The notes under the pieces are model-generated. The model ran no database searches. It was not told where the DNA came from and saw only the letters and a list, made by a program, of their open reading frames with translations. DNA of 64,000 nt, taken from NCBI GenBank assembly GCA_040218735.1, contig JAVJQW010000017.1:415416-479415 (forward strand), read 5' to 3'. The position numbers and the translations under genes were made by a program. Each line of letters starts with the position of its first letter. Position 1 is the first letter of the stretch. Shown one piece after another: positions 56,401 through 64,000 of this stretch. This DNA is from Deltaproteobacteria bacterium. GTDB taxonomy: Bacteria; Myxococcota; Kuafuiibacteriia; Kuafuiibacteriales; Kuafuiibacteriaceae.

Positions 56401-57290
56401 GGCGCATCCGCGAGGTGAAGTACCTGCGTGAGGTCGACGAGCTGCGCGCGCACATCGAACAGACACCCGAGGTGAAGAGTGTCACCTCCATCGCCGGGAC
56501 GCTGAAGACGATGAACCGGGTGATGAGTCACGACCTCGTCGAGGACTACCGGCTCCCCGAAGACGACAAACGCGCGTCGAGTTACTACGACGCGTACACC
56601 TTCAGCCTCCCGGCGGGGTTGGACCTCACGAATCGGGTGAGCGCAACGGAGGGGGCGACGGTGCTCGACGTCCGGATGTCACACGGAGCGTCCAGCTGGT
56701 TCCTGGACTGGGGCTCGAAGCTCGACGCGTGGACGTCGAAACACCTCGAGAACATCGACGTCCGGATCACGGGCAAGTCTTGGCTCTACACGAACATGGC
56801 GAAGGACGTCGCGGAGGGGTTCCTCGCGAACGTCGGCTCCGCGATCCTCCTGATCGCCATCATGATGTTGTTTCTGGCCCGCGGTTTCCGGGTCGGCGTG
56901 CCGGCGATGCTGGCGAACACGATCCCGATCATGACGACGGTCGGCGTGCTCGGCCTCCTGGAGGTCGCGCTCGACATCTCGATCCTGGTCTCCTGCTGCG
57001 TGGCGCTCGGCGTGGTCGTCGACGACACGACGCACTTCGTCGCGAAGTACAAGAAGGCGCTGTCGAAGGGCGCGAGTCACGACAGCGCGGTGGAAGCGAC
57101 CATCCGCGAGGCCGGCAAGGCGATGGTCTTCACGACCATCATCCTCGTCTGTGGGTTCTCGATGCTCGCGTTCACGGACTTCGCAGTGAACCGCAACTTC
57201 GGGTTGGTCGTTTCGGTGATGCTGACGATGGGCGCGCTCTTCGATCTCACCGTCCTCCCTGCGCTGATGAAGCTCACCTACAAGGAGTAG
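53415..57290 (+). CDS. MMPL/RND-family transporter with inserted WD40 beta-propeller
   Basis: TM1 then FGSDD, two TM blocks with IGDAVH and VVDDTTHF. WD40 motifs (LLGHDGVV...SGGVDRTVREWN, HGDWV...SASRDRNI, TAHRAA...SLGDDGDVYVW) in the first periplasmic loop. Confidence 0.9.
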   Translation: MASKFDAAIRRYAEATIRHRILTSVIALVVVIATGLGTAELAFDTRYRIWFEEGSDALVTYDALLQRFGSDDQAVIAFKDDDGTLLDNPSLLSIRRLTDALWKVEGVKRVDTLANFSIVRASRVDLESPAFVVTSKYVAAAGDRGQIVVWSTEDWSRRELLGHDGVVEHLVANAAGDTLYSGGVDRTVREWNLETGELVHAFRGLVESVSTLALSPDEATLYAGSYRALYPIDLAAKTPPKAWTGFEDFVTHVIASSAGLFAASQDVHRLGPDGAKLATFETDARYVHDVVVAGGAVVVATSDGALLRFAVSDGAKVVLEPESSLGVRSLVALPDGRRVAAGMTDGSVRAYDLEGEPPIVTRIHGDWVVDLTTDANGVVYSASRDRNIAQHSPGEGPRISVLTAHRAAARRVLLGPDERLYSLGDDGDVYVWAGEPLSLEARLLRVAPRDVADAVTLEGPAVGRLRAINEFRFPVELRVGGQKQVVHGAKAAVLEGLPVPVPNPCDDDSNCGPGQYCDYEQDEPSCVGQTVVEAYRPGTEVRLWAGEAFLDADKETTIRLPSDEPFSVGPATESPLDPRTRVAALVEAYPQPAMKKALEQVLGAYASVGDTFISPKVADQLDEALGADDTVPQEGREFLTTLEQAKLSPLRLPTQPFRLAEMEYHMMRAPNPPALGAVLDDNGDTTMMIVSLHEPPPEEALTRPFAVRHAIEDLTAQERAETGHEYHVIGGTIMDTWLEDYARRDLEQLGPLFLAVVALLLGVVYRRISGVLVPLGLVGLAVIIATGSAGWLGASLNNMTVAVPHVILASCIGDAVHIFNAYVDRVRGGLTPHEATVEAISANFAPCLWTSASTAIGFFSLSTSPIQPVRAFGWMAGIGVVMAFLLSVTVLPAITATLPAPKKKASASGGGGFDAWIDDKLTTLAGGVNRSTGAIVFLAVFFLGLAVYGLTKAEIDTNDLKFFAEEAPFRQGADFVEDNISGSYALQLMVDLGGQGRIREVKYLREVDELRAHIEQTPEVKSVTSIAGTLKTMNRVMSHDLVEDYRLPEDDKRASSYYDAYTFSLPAGLDLTNRVSATEGATVLDVRMSHGASSWFLDWGSKLDAWTSKHLENIDVRITGKSWLYTNMAKDVAEGFLANVGSAILLIAIMMLFLARGFRVGVPAMLANTIPIMTTVGVLGLLEVALDISILVSCCVALGVVVDDTTHFVAKYKKALSKGASHDSAVEATIREAGKAMVFTTIILVCGFSMLAFTDFAVNRNFGLVVSVMLTMGALFDLTVLPALMKLTYKE

Positions 57291-57294
57291 CTCG

Positions 57295-57666
57295 GTGTTC
57301 GCCCGACCGCGCTGGCTGATGCTCCTCTCCGCGGCGCTCGCGATCCCGTACGGCGTCGCGTGCCTCGTCGCGCCCGAGTGGTGGATGGGCGTCTGGGAGA
57401 TCCCGGTCGCGTCGGGCGCGCTGCTCGCCCGGATGTACGGCGGCCAGGTGCTGGGCTTCGGCGTGCTGAGTTTGCTGGCGAGCGGACTGGATGCGGGCGA
57501 TGGGTTGCGCGCGATCCTGCGTGGGTTCTGCTTCGTGGATGCGGTGAGTTTCGGCTTGGCGCTGTGGGCGGTGACGACCGGACAGGTCGGCGCGTCGGGT
57601 TGGATCGACGTCGCAGGATTCTTCGCCTTGTCCTCAGGTTTCGGCTACTACGCCCTCAGAGCGTAG
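57295..57666 (+). CDS. Small integral membrane protein (about 4 TM; DUF4345-like)
   Basis: Hydrophobic 123 aa ORF, ARMYGG motif, GGAG upstream, 4 nt after the MMPL stop. Confidence 0.7.
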   Translation: MFARPRWLMLLSAALAIPYGVACLVAPEWWMGVWEIPVASGALLARMYGGQVLGFGVLSLLASGLDAGDGLRAILRGFCFVDAVSFGLALWAVTTGQVGASGWIDVAGFFALSSGFGYYALRA

Positions 57667-58954
57667 GCGGATCCGTGTGCGGGAAATGCGAGCAGATCTT
57701 ACAGCTCTCTTCGTAGGGCAGCATCTGCTTCCCCGTCCGTAGCTGTGCCTCGCGGATCTCGTCGCGCAAGAGGTTCGCCGGGCACTGCGGTCCGTGCGCG
57801 GTGGCGTGCGGGAAGAGCTTCCGCATCCGTCCCATCGCGACGTCGAAGCCGTCCGTCAGGACGTTGCCGGTGGACATCGACAGCATCGGGCACGGGACGA
57901 GGTTCCCGGACGGGTCGACGTGGATGAAGTTGTTTCCGCCCGCGCCGCACCCGAAGGTCTCGGCGTCCTCGATCGAGGTGCGCGTCGAGATGGCCGGCAG
58001 GTGCGCGTACTCCTTGGCGGTGTTGATGCGCTTCTGAAACGCCTGCAGCTCGTAGAGCTCGTCGTCGCGCAGACGCTCTTCCGGATGGTCGATGAACGCA
58101 CCCGCCGCGATGGGATCGAAGATCTCCACGATCCCCGCCCCGAGCTGGTGCGCGAGCTCCATGTACTTCATCAGGCCGCCGTCGCGGATGACGTCACGCG
58201 TGGCGGTCACCACCAGGCACGGGAACACCCCCGCCTGGTTGAACAGCGCGACGGCCTTCGCGGCCTCGTCGAACGCCTTCGGGCTCTTGCGGAACTCGTT
58301 GTGTTTGTCGGGCTCGTAGTGGTCGAGGCTCACCGCGGCCGCCGTGAGGCCGGCGTCCTTGAGTTGTTTCGCCTTCGTCGTCGTGAGCTTGAAGCCCGTC
58401 GTCACGACCCACATGTCGCTTCGGTCGCGACCGTGTTCGATCAACCGGCAGAGATCGTCGAACCGCAGCAGCGGCTCCCCGCCGACGATCGAAAACGCCC
58501 CCGTCCCGATCTCCTGGAAGCGGTCCACGACCATCTTCCACTCGTCCAGGCTCATGGCGTTCTTCTGGTTGAGCGCCTCGATCGCGTAGCAGTGATCGCA
58601 GCGGTACATACACGCGTCGGTCACCGCGATGTCGACGGTGGGGATGAACGGCGTCTCGCGCCCCTCTTCGAACCCGAGCAGCCGCGCCTCGATCATGCGG
58701 TCGAAGCCCGGCCCCGGGTAGCTGGGGACGTACATGTCGAAGAAGATGCGGTCGCCGAAGCGCGCGTACTTCTTCGTCGAGAGCATCTTGAGGAACGCGC
58801 GTTGGCGCTCCAGCTCGGACTTCGGGTGCGGCTTGCGGGCCTCTTTCAGCTCGCCGAGGCGGCTCCGGTTCTTCGCGAGCAGCGAGAACGCGCGGCGGGC
58901 GAAAGACAGGTCCGTGCGGATCTTGTCGAAGCCAGTGATCTGCTCCGGAACCAT
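57656..58954 (-). CDS. Radical SAM protein with SPASM/twitch-like C-terminal domain
   Basis: CMYRCDHC, GGEPLL, GCGAGG...HVDPSGNLVPC and further C-terminal cysteines. Confidence 0.92.
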   Translation of the reverse strand: MVPEQITGFDKIRTDLSFARRAFSLLAKNRSRLGELKEARKPHPKSELERQRAFLKMLSTKKYARFGDRIFFDMYVPSYPGPGFDRMIEARLLGFEEGRETPFIPTVDIAVTDACMYRCDHCYAIEALNQKNAMSLDEWKMVVDRFQEIGTGAFSIVGGEPLLRFDDLCRLIEHGRDRSDMWVVTTGFKLTTTKAKQLKDAGLTAAAVSLDHYEPDKHNEFRKSPKAFDEAAKAVALFNQAGVFPCLVVTATRDVIRDGGLMKYMELAHQLGAGIVEIFDPIAAGAFIDHPEERLRDDELYELQAFQKRINTAKEYAHLPAISTRTSIEDAETFGCGAGGNNFIHVDPSGNLVPCPMLSMSTGNVLTDGFDVAMGRMRKLFPHATAHGPQCPANLLRDEIREAQLRTGKQMLPYEESCKICSHFPHTDPPTL

Positions 58955-58976
58955 CGGATTTTCACGGTAGCACGGT

Positions 58977-59741
58977 TCACCGCGATTGCATCTGGGCGAT
59001 CGAGAACAGGTCGTCCGCGAGCTTCAGGCCCGTCCTGTACTGACCGAACTTCAACGTCGTCGTGCGCCCCGACTTCAGGTTCTCCACGGCGATCTGCTCC
59101 GGCCGCCACCCGGCGTCGGTCTTCGTATACCCGGTGACGACCAAGCGCTTGAGCGCCCGGCCCGACCGGTCGAAGTACGCAATCGACAGCGGCACCGCGC
59201 GCTCGGCGTCCACGCAGGTGATGAGCTTCGCGTAGTTCGAACGCGGCGCCTTCGGCGTCTGCTCGACCTTCGTGCACTTCTTGCCCTGCACCTCCCCCGC
59301 CCCGACGACCCGATGGTCGTAGTCCCGCGCGCGCGGGAGCGTCAGCTGCTCGATGTCGATCTCGCTCCCGAGGAAACGCGCCGTCCGGTCGGCGCCCGAC
59401 ACACGCCGGACCTCGTTCATCTGCGCCATGTAGATCCAGATCTCGGCCGGCGCTCCGGCGGGCTCGCGCACCAGCAGCGCCGACCCCTTCAGGTGCTCGG
59501 GCGCCACGAACCGCACGAGCATCGCGAGGTCGTCGCCGGACTCCTTCGCGAGCTCGACGAGGCGGTAGTCCTTCGTCTCCCCGTTCTTCTCGCGGACCTG
59601 CATCTCGAGGCGGACGCGCTGCCCGCCGAACCCGGAGAAGTTGGCTTCGACCTTGTCGGCGAGCGCCTGCGCGGACTCTGCGTGAGCAGACGGCGCGGCG
59701 AAGAGAACCAGCGCGCCGACGAACGTGGCCGCGGCTCGCAT
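58977..59741 (-). CDS. Outer-membrane lipoprotein-sorting (LolA-like, TP0789-type) protein
   Basis: Signal peptide AHA, RFVAPEHLKGSALL, WIY...VRRV, FLGSEI, YFDRSGRALK, DDLFS. Confidence 0.85.
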   Translation of the reverse strand: MRAAATFVGALVLFAAPSAHAESAQALADKVEANFSGFGGQRVRLEMQVREKNGETKDYRLVELAKESGDDLAMLVRFVAPEHLKGSALLVREPAGAPAEIWIYMAQMNEVRRVSGADRTARFLGSEIDIEQLTLPRARDYDHRVVGAGEVQGKKCTKVEQTPKAPRSNYAKLITCVDAERAVPLSIAYFDRSGRALKRLVVTGYTKTDAGWRPEQIAVENLKSGRTTTLKFGQYRTGLKLADDLFSIAQMQSR

Positions 59742-59745
59742 ACGA

Positions 59746-60525
59746 TCAGTTCTTCTGGAGCTGGCTGACGGTGAACATCTTCGGCGACAGCTTCAGCTTG
59801 AGCTTGTAGTTGCCCGCCTTCAGCACCGTCTTCCGCTTGTTCTGCATGTTCTTCATCACCGAGACGTGCGCGCGCCAGTAACCCGCTTCCTTCGAGAACT
59901 TGTCGGCCTCGAGGACCTTCAGCAGCTTGCCAGCCTTGTCGTAGAACTCGGTCTTCATCACGTACAGGTTCGTCTTGTGGAAGTACGCGATCGTCTTGCT
60001 GTAACCCGAGCCCGGAAACTTCGGCTTCGTCTCGATCTTCCAGGTGTCCTCGCCGCGCACCTTCTCCGATCCGAGGTTCTTGTAGTCGTACCGATCGAGT
60101 GAGTCGGCGGTGAGATCTTCGTAGCTGTACTCGCTGCCCTTGAACGAGGCGCTCTTGCTGCCGCCGCCGATCTGCTTCACCTGCCGCGTCTCCGAGAGGT
60201 AGAGCCAGCGCGACTCCTCCTTGCCTTCGGTCTCGTGGGTCAGGAGCGCGGTGCCCTTGCTGTCCGGCGGCGCAATGAAGCGGATGAGCGTCTTCGTCGT
60301 GTCGCCGTTGTCCTTCGTCCCCTCGACCGCGAACTGCTTCATCTTGTACGTGACGGTCTTCTTCCCGGACGCGTCGTACAGCTCCATGATCGAGTCGAAG
60401 CGCTGCCCGGCGAACCCCTTCTGGGTGTCGTCGGCCTTCTTGGCGATGTCGTAGCCGGACGGGTCGGCCGCCAGCGCGACGGCGGGCAGCAAGGTGAGGC
60501 AGAGGGTAGGCAGGACGGCTCGCAC
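59746..60525 (-). CDS. Outer-membrane lipoprotein-sorting (LolA-like, TP0789-type) protein, paralog
   Basis: GGAGG 8 nt before GTG 60525; signal peptide ALA; RFIAPPDSKGTALL, WLYL, FKGSEYSYEDL, FYDKAGKLLK. Confidence 0.88.
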   Translation of the reverse strand: MRAVLPTLCLTLLPAVALAADPSGYDIAKKADDTQKGFAGQRFDSIMELYDASGKKTVTYKMKQFAVEGTKDNGDTTKTLIRFIAPPDSKGTALLTHETEGKEESRWLYLSETRQVKQIGGGSKSASFKGSEYSYEDLTADSLDRYDYKNLGSEKVRGEDTWKIETKPKFPGSGYSKTIAYFHKTNLYVMKTEFYDKAGKLLKVLEADKFSKEAGYWRAHVSVMKNMQNKRKTVLKAGNYKLKLKLSPKMFTVSQLQKN

Positions 60526-60603
60526 GATGAACACCTCCAGGCGGTAGCGACTCGGCACGGTTGCCCGTATCTTTGGGCGAGTCAAGACGACGGCTTGGAC
60601 GCC

Positions 60604-63600
60604 ATGCCCCGCCGAACATTCATCATCGCCGCGCTGATCACTTCGGTCGGCTGCACCGACAACGACCTCGAAGACGGCGCCACCGCCATCGCGCGCCTCT
60701 CCGTCACCAACGCCGCCGCGCTGACCCAGGCGCTGTTCGCGGACGAGGGATGCGGCTTCGCGAACGACGCCGTGCTCGACGCTTGCGTCGTGGTCGGCGA
60801 CCCCGGCGAAGCGGGCGTCGTCACGTACGCGATCGCAGGGTGCACGCTCGACTTCGACGCATCACCGGTGAGCGAAGAGGACTGCGAAGGTGTCACCACT
60901 ACGCTGTCCGGCGCGGTCACCGTGACGGCCACGCTCACCATCGCGGGCACCGTCACCGGCGACGCCGATCAGCCGGTGCTCCCCAAGGACGCGCTGTCCA
61001 CGACGCTCACCGTGTCGTCCGCGATCCTCGATCGCTACCGCGTCGACGTGGAGGGGTTGGGCGCCGCGTTCGAGCTCACCGAGGGGACGCTCTCCTTCGT
61101 CGCGCGCCCGCGCTTTGCGGTGTCGAACGAGACGGGCTTCTGCACCGCGCCAACCGGTGACCTGCAGCTCGACGACGTCGTGCTGTCGAACGTCAACGGC
61201 CAGATCTTCGCCGACGACGAGGCGGACGCGTACGCCTTCGTGCGCCGCTCCTCCGTCGACGCGGTCCTCGGTAAGGTCGGCGAAGCCGAGAACACGTACG
61301 CGGGGTTGGTGGACCTCGCGTTCGGGCCGATCGACGTCCCGGTCTCCGGCGAAGAGGCGCTCGACCCTGACTACGACCGCGCATCGTTCGAAGCCGCGGT
61401 CGCGTGTGAGGCCGATCTGAAGATGCCGATCGACGACGTCTGCGACGGCTCGTCCGCCACCGGGCGCGACCTCGCGCTCGGCGTCGCGCGCCTCTCCGTC
61501 ACCGGGCTCGCCGCGATCGCCGAGCTCGTCGCCGACGACGAGACCTGCGGGTTCGCGAGCCCCGCCGCAATCGGCGGCACGCAGCTCTCCGACGAACCCG
61601 GCGCCCTCGGGACGGCGACTTCACGCATCGTCGCCTGTGCGATCGACGTGGAGTCGACGACGGTGCTCGAGGACTGCGCGGGCGCCGGCGCCTCCGTGCG
61701 CGGGCGCGTGGTGGTGACCGCCGAGCAGGTCGCGACGGGCCTCCTCACCGGGACGGCGACGGCGCCCATCGCGCCGATCACCGACCGCCCCGCGACGATC
61801 ACGTTCGAATCGATCGAGCTCGACGGCTTCTTCGTCCGCGCGGGGACCGCGACCGGTGCGGCGACGCTCGGGCTGTTGTCGGGTTCGCTCGCCGGCGTGG
61901 TCGCGCCGCGGTTCGCGAAGAGCGCGAGCTCACCGTTCTGCGCGGTCGACACCCCCAACGTCGCGTTCGACGGCGTGCGCCTCGCCGACGCACGCGTCAC
62001 GGTGCAGACGACCGACGGCACTGCGGCGGCCTCCGTCGCGGCCTCCGCGCTGCAAGCGACCTCCGGCGATGTCGGCGCCGACGAAAACGCGCTGACCGGG
62101 ACGATCGTCGTGGACGGCGCCGAGTACACCTTCGCCGACCCGCTCGACCCCGACTACGACGCCACGGCCTTCGCGAACGGCTACGCCTGCTTCGACGACC
62201 TCGAGACGCCGGTGAGCTTCATGTGCGACGCCATCCCGGAGATCACGCTCGGCGCGGCGCGCCTCACCCCGAGCGCGTTCGCCTCCGTGGTGCAGATGAT
62301 CGAGGCGGACGAAGTCTGCGGCTTCGCGAGCGCGGGGACGACCGTGCAGCTCGACGGCGCCGTGGGCTCCGAAGGCACCGCGACGTTCACGCTCGCGGGG
62401 CCGTGCACGATCGACTTCCCGTTCGGCGCGCTCCTCGCGCGCGACTGCCAGAGCGTCGAGACCTACGTCGCGGGCTCCGTCACCGTCGCCGGGACGCGCG
62501 CGATCACCGGCTTCCTCACCGGCTCCGCGGCGCAGCCCGTCGTCCCCACGAGCGGGGACGCGACGACGTACGACCTGGACGTCGACTTCGAGGACTTCAC
62601 GGTGCAAACGACCGGCGAGCTCCCGGCGTTCACGGTCGCGTCCGGGAGCATCGCGGGCGAGGTCACGGTGCGCGCCGCGCTCGACACGACGACCGGCGCC
62701 TGCACGCTCCCGACGCCGCGCGCGCGCTTCGAGGGCCTCGCGTACTCGAACGCCGAGCTTCGCGTCACTGACGAGGGCGTCACCCTCGGCGTCACGGTGA
62801 CGAGCGGCAACCTCTCCGCCGAGAGCGGGCGCCCCAACCGCATCGCGGGCACGCTCCGCGTCGACGGCGGCGACGTCGTGATCGACGACGACCTCGATCC
62901 GGACTTCGACGCCGCGACGTTCGACGCGAGCTTCACGTGCACGCCCAACCTCGTCGTGCCCGCGGACGACGCGCAGTGCTCGTTCCGCGCGGCGCTCGCG
63001 CCGGCGATCGCGGCGCTCACGATCCAGAACCTCGCGACCGCGACGCAACTCGTCTTGCAGGACACGACGTGCGGCTTCTCGTCACCGATGATCACGCCGC
63101 TCGCCGCGGTGCCCCCGCCGCCCCTCGGACCCCCGCCACAGTTCGGCTTCGTCACCAACGGCATCACCGGCTGCGCGATCGATCCGCCCGACGGCGCCCC
63201 CCTCGCCGAGGACTGCCTGCGGAACGTCACCGTCTCGACCGGGCGCTTCACCGTCACCGCGACGCAGACGGTCGCGGGCGTGCGCGGTGAGATCTGCAAC
63301 GGACCTTGCCTCCAGATCGCGATCCCCGTGGAGCGCACCGGCCTCGGCGTCACGGCCTCGACGTTGGTCCCCGCGGGTTACTCGACCGCAGTGCTCCGCG
63401 CCGGCGAGACGGCCGCGACGCAGAGCCTCGCGCTGAACGGCGGGCGCATTGGCTTCGAGGTCACACCGCTCCTCGGCGAGAACGCGCAGATGCCGGGGGT
63501 GTTCGACGTCGCGACGCCGCTCGCGCGGTTCACGCGCGTTCGTTTGAATGGCGTGGGGGCCTCGGTGATGCTGGAGGGGCTGCGCTTCGACGTGACGGTC

Positions 63601-63789
63601 GATGCTTCGGATTTTGCGGCGCGGGTGGGGCGGTATGAGGGCGTGGGGAACGATCTCGTCGGCACGATCATGATCGACGACCAACCCATCCCGCTCGCGG
63701 GGCCGTTGGACCCCGCTTATCAGCAGGCGCGGTTCGATCTGAGTTATGACTGTGCGCCGAACTTGGTGGGAACGATCCCGCCCAAGTAG
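60604..63789 (+). CDS. Large acidic lipoprotein built from four roughly 250-270 aa Cys-containing repeats
   Basis: Lipobox SVGC after ATG 60604; four units each with CGF near the start and LDP(D/A)(Y/F) near the end. Confidence 0.8.
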   Translation: MPRRTFIIAALITSVGCTDNDLEDGATAIARLSVTNAAALTQALFADEGCGFANDAVLDACVVVGDPGEAGVVTYAIAGCTLDFDASPVSEEDCEGVTTTLSGAVTVTATLTIAGTVTGDADQPVLPKDALSTTLTVSSAILDRYRVDVEGLGAAFELTEGTLSFVARPRFAVSNETGFCTAPTGDLQLDDVVLSNVNGQIFADDEADAYAFVRRSSVDAVLGKVGEAENTYAGLVDLAFGPIDVPVSGEEALDPDYDRASFEAAVACEADLKMPIDDVCDGSSATGRDLALGVARLSVTGLAAIAELVADDETCGFASPAAIGGTQLSDEPGALGTATSRIVACAIDVESTTVLEDCAGAGASVRGRVVVTAEQVATGLLTGTATAPIAPITDRPATITFESIELDGFFVRAGTATGAATLGLLSGSLAGVVAPRFAKSASSPFCAVDTPNVAFDGVRLADARVTVQTTDGTAAASVAASALQATSGDVGADENALTGTIVVDGAEYTFADPLDPDYDATAFANGYACFDDLETPVSFMCDAIPEITLGAARLTPSAFASVVQMIEADEVCGFASAGTTVQLDGAVGSEGTATFTLAGPCTIDFPFGALLARDCQSVETYVAGSVTVAGTRAITGFLTGSAAQPVVPTSGDATTYDLDVDFEDFTVQTTGELPAFTVASGSIAGEVTVRAALDTTTGACTLPTPRARFEGLAYSNAELRVTDEGVTLGVTVTSGNLSAESGRPNRIAGTLRVDGGDVVIDDDLDPDFDAATFDASFTCTPNLVVPADDAQCSFRAALAPAIAALTIQNLATATQLVLQDTTCGFSSPMITPLAAVPPPPLGPPPQFGFVTNGITGCAIDPPDGAPLAEDCLRNVTVSTGRFTVTATQTVAGVRGEICNGPCLQIAIPVERTGLGVTASTLVPAGYSTAVLRAGETAATQSLALNGGRIGFEVTPLLGENAQMPGVFDVATPLARFTRVRLNGVGASVMLEGLRFDVTVDASDFAARVGRYEGVGNDLVGTIMIDDQPIPLAGPLDPAYQQARFDLSYDCAPNLVGTIPPK

Positions 63790-63853
63790 GCGTGTGGGTC
63801 GATGCGGGGCAGTTTTGCCCTCGCCCGTGAGGGCAAGGACTCCCCACCTTTTT

Positions 63854-64000
63854 TCAAGCAGCTCGATCAACGTTTTCCTGCGGTGCACGGCGCTCGGGAT
63901 CGTACTTGCCTCCAGACTTCAGTACGGCGCAGAGCACCTTGAGGAGTCGGTCCGCGACGCCGCGGATCGCGCGTCCGTGTGAGTGACCTCGGCTTCGAAG
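63854..64000 (-). mobile_element. 3' end of a probable IS110-family transposase; element continues beyond the window
   Basis: Manual translation: LRSRGHSHGRAIRGVADRLLKVLCAVLKSGGKYDPERRAPQENVDRAA*. Resembles the IS110 C-terminus as recalled; followed by TTGAAAAAAGGTGGGGAGTC on the minus strand. Confidence 0.7.

Noticed and set aside
25233-56531. Long minus-strand ORFs within the cluster (e.g. 28788..32132, 40083..42509, 54057..56531)
   Set aside because: Antisense shadows of motif-supported plus-strand genes.
1-64000. tRNA, rRNA, thioesterase, PPTase or MbtH genes
   Set aside because: None recognised; intergenic gaps are short. Small RNAs cannot be excluded by eye.

Overview
Very GC-rich, gene-dense window whose content (Hanks-type Ser/Thr kinases, giant TPR protein, Cys-rich lipoproteins, OmpA with thrombospondin-3 repeats) points to a myxobacterium (inference). 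The left third holds envelope and signalling genes. The centre and right (about 25.2-60.5 kb) hold an apparently complete hybrid FAAL/PKS/NRPS cluster: a flavoprotein resembling polyunsaturated fatty acid isomerase, then FAAL-ACP-KS-AT-DH-ER-KR-ACP, KS-AT-DH-KR-ACP, and KS-AT-DH-KR-ACP-Cy-A(Cys)-PCP. The line ends not in a thioesterase but in a fused class III aminotransferase plus acyl-ACP-reductase-like didomain (TamH-like), which predicts a fatty-acyl diene thiazoline released as a primary amine. Downstream are two ABC1/UbiB atypical kinases, an MMPL/RND transporter with a large WD40 propeller insertion, a radical SAM enzyme and two LolA-like proteins; a candidate outer-membrane partner lies at 20.4-22.3 kb. 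Also present: a lower-GC Schlafen/AlbA_2 gene, an unannotated antitoxin-like remnant, three small basic proteins, a four-repeat lipoprotein and the 3' end of an IS110-like transposase. All family assignments come from motif recognition by eye; no database search was run, and novelty claims are unverified.
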